Source of the DNA: Naegleria gruberi
Taxonomy: Eukaryota
DNA: 64,000 nucleotides
Assembly (NCBI GenBank): GCA_000004985.1
Contig: GG738864.1
Direction: 5' to 3' (one strand)
The position numbers and the translations under genes are program-made. This document shows positions 20,801 to 29,800 of the stretch, piece after piece. The notes below the pieces were generated by a model. The model had not been told where the DNA came from, did no database searches, and saw nothing but the letters and a program-made list of their open reading frames with translations. Position 1 is the stretch's first letter. The number at the start of each line of letters is the position of its first letter.

Positions 20801-23800
20801 AAGATAGGTTCGTATCACTGGCAACATATTCCGGTGTCAGTGTTATTTCCAAGAATACTCTGATAGATATTGACTTTCAGGTTCAATACTTTGAAACACT
20901 ACTGAAACAGTGTCACGACTTTTGCAACCATTACTGTCAACATGATAATGTAAATAATGAATTCAGGTTGCTATTGGAAAAGATTGAAGCTGAAATCCAA
21001 AATAATGCCGTATTTAGTAGTATCAATTCAAGCTTCAATAATTTTGCCTTCCTTAAAGAGCTTCCAACCCTTCAACATTTATGTAAATCCGAGCTCTTTT
21101 TACAATTCTGGAACGAAACCATAGATCAAATGGTTGAAAGTCTGGTTACTGAAACTGAATCCACCTCAAAGATAATATTCACAATTAATGATTTGAAATC
21201 CCGAGTCTATCCACAAGTAGTTCAAAAATGGCTCCAGTTGTACAATAATCTGAACATGAAAACTATTTCATTTTTAGAACTTCAAACATTATTCAGTGAT
21301 AATACTGAGGAGGAGACGTTCCAAGATATGCTCTTCCTCAAAAGAACTTGTCAATCAACTGATAACATGCTTGATGGAGATGCCACTCAATTCCACCTTA
21401 TCAATGAAAACAATCAAAGTTATATTCAATGGTCAAGAGAACACGCCCAACTCATCTCGAGTTTTTTAACTATAGTCAAACAAAAAGAGTACATACCAAT
21501 GATAGTTTCTATTTTGAGCAAGTTTAACAGTAATTTTTCAACTTCTGTTTTCACAGATTCGTACTATGTTAAGATTGAAAAAATTCACAAGTACATTCTT
21601 GAGAAATGGGAATCTGGAAACCTCTTTGATATTGTTGACATGGTCAATGAAGCCAAATCGGCATTGCAACATTTGGGAAAGAACGAATTACTATTGATTG
21701 AATTTTTGAATGAATCTGATGATTTATTGAATTGGTTATGGCAACACAATGATTCCAGTCAATTCAATGAATTGATCAGAGTTTGCAGAGAAGTTACTGA
21801 TGATGCTATCATATTGCAGTCATTTGCTTCTCTTACAAGTGCCAGAGAATATTTGTACGAGTTGGTTTATCCATCAAGAAAGTTTACCAGTTGTGAATCC
21901 TTTTTGAGGGCAATCAACACAGCCAACTTGAACAAGGATGATACAGAAATTCAAAGGAGATTGACAGACTGTAAAGTTATTAGATCAAACTTGGAGAATG
22001 TCAAACAAGTATTTAAAGAAAAGACGAGAAGCCCCTCTGTGACTGCTGTTTTAAAGCTTTTAGAAATTATAAGTGGTGCGACCATATCTGTAACAACAAT
22101 TAATTCTATCTCAGAGGATAATTATATTATATGTAATGTAAAAGGCAAGATCACACACTTGAGTGATTTGATTGATATTAGAACAACAGTGTTAAATACC
22201 ACCATTCCAAACGAACTGAAGGAGAAACATATTAACTTGGATGCTGCTATCGATACATTCTGTAAATTAGTTAACATTCTCTCATCAATGAAGAGAACTT
22301 TAATAGAATTAGGCATCAATGGTAGTATGATAGTTGATAATTACGAGTTTACCATCACTCTGAATGTTGATAATTTAGAATATTTATTATTCCAATTTAT
22401 GGAGGAAGAAAAGAGACTGTCAGAAATGAATTCCAACTGGAAGTTAACGATCAAGAATATTAGATTGGAATATAATTTACTGAATTACTTCAATATGCGA
22501 GAGTTGAGAAAACTCATAAAATGGCTCGATATGATAAAGGAAGGAAATTCTATAGTTGGAGAAAGAGTATATTCCATGCTCAAGATTATTGATAATAATC
22601 TCACTCTTCAACAGTACAAATCATTTGAGAAGGAATGGATCGATTACGATATTATGGTGGATGATGATATTCAATTGATATCACTTGGTTCATGTCTGAA
22701 TTCACATTTCAATCTGATTGAGGATAGTCACGAACAAATCGATTTCCTGCCAAGTTCCGATTTGGGCATGTCTACAATGAATGTAGAGAAAAATAACAGC
22801 AAGCAAAACCTTATCGTCATTGCATGCCAAAATGATCAAGAGGTTGAATCTATTGTTTATTCTTTGTATGCTGTTAAATCCATTCTACCACAAGTTGAAG
22901 AAGTACTCATGTGCAGACCAAATACAGACTTTGAAGATATTGAATTGGTTGTAAGAAGATGGTCAAAATCGGAACACAAAAAGCAAATATTTACATTGGC
23001 TAACATTCAACATTTGGACTATACTTTACAATGTAAAGTAGTGGACATGCTTAAAAATTATTTACAAACAAGTACAACATTAGCAACCTTAGCTATTGTT
23101 TCAAGTACTCAACAACAGAGAATTATCAATGCCTTCTCTAACTTTAGATTTGATGGGTCTCCACTTTCTTCTGAGGACTTGAAAGACTCTCTTCTTCAAA
23201 TTGCCAAACCTGGAAAGTTTTCTTCAGGTGTTAATGTTTACACTAGCCCTATGGCAGGTTGTGGTAAAAGTCACACAATATTTGAACGTTCTCACATTGA
23301 GAAAAAGAAGCTAGTCTACATTTCTCTAAGAGAGTCAGTTAACATTACAGAATTAATTAATCAATTGAATGAGAAAACTAGGAATAGCCAACCTGTAACT
23401 TTGCACTTTAACATTGCTCCAAATGTGGATACCATTGTTAATTCAATACTTTTCGAATTGATTGTAATAGGTTCACTCAGAGATCACCAATGCAACGTTT
23501 ACCACAGAAGGCCAATAGATTCTATTGCAATAGAAATACCAAACCAAGTTGGAAATAGAACTCTTGTACGTTCTGTTCCATTCTGTAAATATCTACCAAG
23601 AGTAGAATGTATTGTTTCGGCTCATACACTCTCCATCGAAAGGAAATACGAAATTGGTACTAATGGTAGTGTGATGGTCTCAAACAATAGAAAGCTAAAA
23701 TATGTTTGCTCATTATTATTGGCTCATCAAAATGGCGTCTTTGTCAATAATAACGGAACCGATTTCGTTAACTTTACACCTAACATGGACAATATGAACA

Positions 23801-26800
23801 AGGAGGAATGTTTAACCATTCTCACAAGATATTGCAATGCTGGAGGTCAGATATCGTATGCTCTTATTAATAATTTCGTAGAGTTTACTTTTGAATTCTT
23901 TGAAAATATGATGGATTATGAGGTTTTAAGATTTTTACCATCTCTAGATCCTGGATTTGCAACTTTACCTCAATCTATTGTAGGAATGATTTTGGAAATG
24001 TCAAAAGACTTTGCTATTAGACAATTGGTGTTCAATTTTAATACTGACAATCCTTCTTTGGAGGAATATTCTAACAGATTCTCAAGTATTAGAAAGTGGG
24101 AAGAATCAAGTCACCCAGTCATTATTTTCACCAAAGAAACTTTCCAATGTAATGGTTTCAACGTCATTTCCTTGGATCAATCTTCAGTTAATAGATTCTT
24201 CCCAGAACATTTGAGAGCTCTCCTCCATGAACAAGGAATTAATATCAACTTTGACTTTAAGAAAACAGTAGAGGAAAAGGGTCAAAGAGCAGCAGAACTA
24301 GAAGGACTCAAATTCTTGCAAATGATATCTGGAAGTTTTTCTCTTGATGAAGAGATGGGTGAAATCATGAAAATAATGCTAATTTCAAAGCTAGATGAAA
24401 CAGATTATGTTCTCACACAAGACAACTTGATGAAAATGATTGCCATTATTTACAGATTCAAATCCAATCTCCCTGTCATTTTACATGGTGAATCAGGTGG
24501 TGGAAAGACTTATTTGATTAGTCATTTATGCAAATTTTTAGATTATCAATTATATAGAATGACACTTCATGGTGGTAATACTGAACAGGATATTTTCAAT
24601 TTTTTGAATAATATTGTTATTGAAGCCAATAGTCATGCTATGGCAACATATGTTGCGTTCATTGATGAGTGCAACACATGTTCAGCAATGGCAATTGTTA
24701 AGGAAGTTGTATGTGATGGACTTTTGAATGGTGTGAAAATACCTGAGAATGTGAAAATTGTTGCAGCTTTGAACCCATACAGATTGAAGAACGAGAAGGC
24801 AAAGCAATTGGAGCAATCTATTCAATCTCAAACAGGAATCATCTACAAGCATCCTTCATTTGCCAACATTCCTGATCCATTGGAAAATCTTGTTTATAGA
24901 GTTCATCCACTTCCAGATAGTTTTGTTGATCACTTGTATGATTTTGGTTCTCTTTCTGATGGTGTTGAAAGATTATATATTGGAAGTATGCTAAGACAAT
25001 CTCTAAAGAAGTATTTGAAGGCAGACGAGAATGGAAAAATAACAAATGAAACTGTTCGCCAAGCTGTCAACTTCTTTGAAAGTCTTATTCATGCCTCTCA
25101 AGTTTTTATTAGACAAACAATGCACGAAGAAAGTTCTGTCAGTTTGAGAGATGTGAGAAGATGTATACAAGTATTTTATTGGTTAGTAGAAGAGTATCAC
25201 AATCCTACTTCTGTCTTTAGAGATGTACTCAACTTGGATCACCATCACGGTAATGAAATATTCAATACTCACAACAAACACTTTAAAAACTATGTCATGT
25301 TGTCTCTTAGTTTTGCCTTTTACAGTAGATTGAACAGACAAGAGAGAAGTGGCTATTTGAGATACCTCTCAAAAGAATGTCCAACCATTGTTCCATCAGA
25401 ATTTGAAAAATTACTCACCAAATATCAAACAAAACTTACAGAACAGATGAATATCAGTGAAGGTATTGCCCTCAACGAAGCCCTCACAGAAAACATCTTT
25501 GTCTTGTTCCTTGCTCTTGTTAATCACATTCCTCTTTTAATTCAAGGATATCCAGGAACATGTAAGAGTTTGGCAGTTGATTTAATCAGTAAATCTATGA
25601 GAGGTAAAGCATCTAACAACAAACAGTTGCAACACTTGCCAGATATTAACATATTTGCATTCCAATGCTCACCTTTATCAGAAGCTAAAAGTATAGCCCA
25701 AACATTTAGAGCAGCAAGACAATACGCAAAAGAAAGTTCTGGATCTTCTTCATTATCAGTAGTTCTTTTAGATGAAATAGGTTTGGCAGCTGACAGTCCA
25801 AAGTTACCTCTCAAGATTCTTCACCAAGAATTAGAAAATACTGCAGAAATCAGTGTAGTATCCATCAGTAACTATTCTCTAGATAGCTCCAAGATGAACA
25901 GAATGTGTGTACTTTACAGATCTACTCCCTCTGCAAAGGATCTCAAGGATACTGCTAAAGGTATCATGAGATTCCACAAAAGCTTTAAATTACAAAGTTA
26001 TTTGGAACCTATTGCTACCAGCTATTTGGAACTTTACAAGAATCAAAGAATTAAGCAATTCTTTGGTTTACGTGACTTTTATAATTTGGTTAAATTCCTT
26101 TATAGAATTATCAATAACAAGATGACATACCACGGAAGACCTATTGAATTTGAAAAATCATTGGTCTTATCAGTTCTGAGAAATTTCGGAGGTATTCCAA
26201 GTGAAGACATGGATAATGTTCTTAAGATTTTTGAAAGAAACACAGGTATCAAATTTACAGAATATGAAAAGCCAAATAGTTGTAACCTTTTGAGGTTGAA
26301 TTTGAAGGACAGTGCTGATGCAAGACATTTACTTGTGCTAACGAACAACAATTCAGCATTGAATCTGTTATTTGACTATGAAATACTTTCTCTTTCTAGT
26401 ACTATTGTATTATTTGGAAGTGATTTTCCAGATGAAAAGAATGATAACTTTAGTCTTTCACTTCAATTACAAAAAATCAAACTGGCTATGTCAGAAGGAA
26501 ACACAGTTGTCTTGGTTCATTGTGATTCACTCTATGAAAGTTTGTATGATTTGCTAAACCAGCACTATGTAGTTGTTGAAAATAAGAAATTCTCTAGACT
26601 TGCCTTTGGTAACTCATCTGTTACTTGTCCTGTACATGATAACTTTAGAATTATTATCATTGCTGAAGCTAGTGATGCTTACACCAAGTTGGCCATTCCA
26701 TTCTTGAATAGAATGGAAAAGCATGTGATTCTAAGAGATGACATGATGAACGAAGACAATACCAATTTACATTCCCAATTATCTGCTTTTGTGGAAAAAT

Positions 26801-29800
26801 TAATGGCTCAATTGAACGAAAAGGAGATTTCAAAGGTATTTATTGGATCTCACAAGGAAACTCTTAAAAGTTTGGTTCAATCCATCGAGCCAAAGGATAG
26901 TATGGTGGATGAAGAAATAACTGAACAGATGGATATTGCATTTGACAAACTTTTATGGAACATGACACCAGAAGCTGTCATTAAATCAAAGAATGAGAGA
27001 ATAATGAAGCACTACTTTGAGGGACAAGAACATTCATCATTGCCAAGTTTCTTGAATAATGTTTTTACTGATATTCAAAAATGGCAAGACAAATTTGGTG
27101 GTATTCAAGCTATTGTTACAACCTTCTCCTCATTGCTTAGTGAAGTTGAACTTCTTATTAGAGATCATGTTACTGTTGTGAAAGAAAAGCAGGTTCACTT
27201 ACAATTCCTAGAATTGCACGATATGAAGACTAGTAGTGATTTGAATACTGAATTGGATCACTTTTTCGCCTCTAACCACAAAGAGTCAATGCTTGTTCTT
27301 CTCTGTGATCCTGTAGCTGCTTCTACAAGAAGAATTCACTATGCTCAATATACATGTGAAAGTAAGAGAAATACATTCAATGCTGCTGGAACTGGTAACA
27401 TTAGACACGTCATTTTCTTGGTAAATTTATCCAGAATTCCAACAGAAAGTTCCAAGTATTCATTCGATTTTGATAGACGTTGGAATTATGTATTCATTGA
27501 TGACGTTTCTAACAGTGAACAACAACAAGGTTTCCCTGAATTGTTCGAACTTGTCAATACTCCTTTCTCAAATCTGATTAACAATACTCTTTCTGTTGAA
27601 CAAATTATTTTGGAAAATTTACACAACTCCCTTTCCAGAATAGTTTATCCATTCCCGAGATCATCTTCTCAAATTCAATCACAACTTTCCATGCTAAGGA
27701 AGTGGCTCTCTCAATCCAGTAGATATTCAGCCAGATTCACCAAACTTATCAGAGAAAAGGTTATTGATATTGTCAAACACTCAATCAAGAATGACGAACA
27801 GTGGTACCTTCAAGTGATCAATAATGACAAGAATATTTTACAAATATGTGGTACTCTTCGTTCTGCAATTCATTACTTTATTTCAAGAATTGTTTTTATG
27901 GCCTTCTCATCAATCTTGAGTGTCATGGATAGATATAATAATTTACAATTATTGGATCAAGAAAATGATTCAGAAACCCCACAATTATGGTTAGATGTTT
28001 TTGAATATGATGTTCACAGTAAGCTCTTTGAAAGTGCTGCCTTTTCAATGAACCAATCAGGCTATGTTAATATTTTGCAAGGAACTTCAAAGCACTTTGA
28101 TGCCAAATTCCCTTTCAGTTTCATTTTTGCTACAGTGGCAAACTCTTTCAGAGTGAATCACTTGGTAGATCAATTCTCCAGAGAAGATCTTGAAAAACAC
28201 TTTGAATTCACCTTGCCAAGATTCGTCAAGTATCATGCTGATATTGGAGATGAATGTATTGTGGATGACGATATTGACATGAACGACGAAGGATCAGATA
28301 AGATTCTCCTTCCTAATGACTTAGTCTCTGGCTATATCAACGATTATCACTACTTGTTTGGATCAAAGAATTGCAATATGCTTCCAAGTGAGAATGATCA
28401 ACTTGTTCTCATCCATGAACTGATTTCAAAGGACAGATTACCTGACCAGTACTATTCCTTGTTAGATTCTCAAATTTCATATTGGAACAATGAAAAGAGA
28501 GTGAAAATTTACTTCCAAGTATTTGACTCTCTGAAAGATAAGAATGTACTCGAAAAATTCTTAAACTCCATCCCATCATGTAGAACCATTGCAGAAATGG
28601 ACATGCTTCTTTGTGAATTAGTAATTGTTCACTTCAATCCAGAATATCACATTACCTTAGAAAGTGATCCTGTAGAAAACAATACTTGGGTAAGAAATGT
28701 TAGAAACATGACGGCAAGTATGACACGTCTCTTAGATTTGCTCAAGGATCCACTCATGTCGGCTGAAGTCAATGTCGACGTTGCAGAGAAATGCTCAAGC
28801 TTATCTCATCAATGGAAATGCATCAAATTCTTTGCTCACTTCCTCAAAGATCTTGTCATTAGTACTGAAAATTTGATTGACTCTGATATTACAAAGAAGT
28901 ACTGGGAAAAACTAAATGGTTCAGGAACAAGCCACTTTTACCAACCAAATGCTCTTGTGGAGTTCCTTCAAACATTGACAGACATTAACAAGAAGTGTAC
29001 TAGAGAGGAATCGTCTGAAGATTTTGAATGTTTCATTTGTCTTTCTGTTCCTGATCCTGATAGCATTAGAACAACAGTTTGCTGCAAGAGATATATCTGT
29101 TATGATTGTGCTGATGAATTTTGTCAATATCAAAAGAAATCAAAGCAATGCGGATGGTGTCAAAAAGAACTCGACAATGATGAAACTGTGGATACCTATA
29201 CTATTCCTTGTTCTAATATTTTGAAGGAAGTTGAAGATATTTCACAAAAGGAAACTCTCTTTATTGAAAAATCCACCAAGCTCATTGAAACCTTCATTAC
29301 CATGTTTTGTGTTGAAAGAGGAATTTCAGATATGCTCATTAGAGACATTATTAGTTATATTTGTGAAAACAAAAAGTTCCTTTCCGAACACAAACTCCTC
29401 AAGTTTATTCTCTCAGATTCAATGAAGAGTTCCATTATTCGAGCACTCTTCTCTTTAAAGAGAAAGGACCCTAATCAATTCGATCATGTAGCTGCTTACT
29501 TTGAAGAGAACTTGAAGGTCCTCCATACTCAATCTAAAAATGTCGACTTCCCAATTGCTGTTTCGATAAATCAAATCTTGGAGGATGAAGCAGAGTTTTA
29601 CTCACAAGACGAAGAAGGAAAGATTAATTTGGAATATATTTTACAAACCTTGTCAAGAAATGGTTTCAGCTTGGCTTTGGGTAATGATTTCGTTGGTTTC
29701 CTCAACAATACCAGTATTGCAAAAGTGGCTGTCAAGTACTTTGTGAAATTACTCCTCAACAACAAGTTATTCGATCAAAAATCTGCTAAAAAGCTTGTTG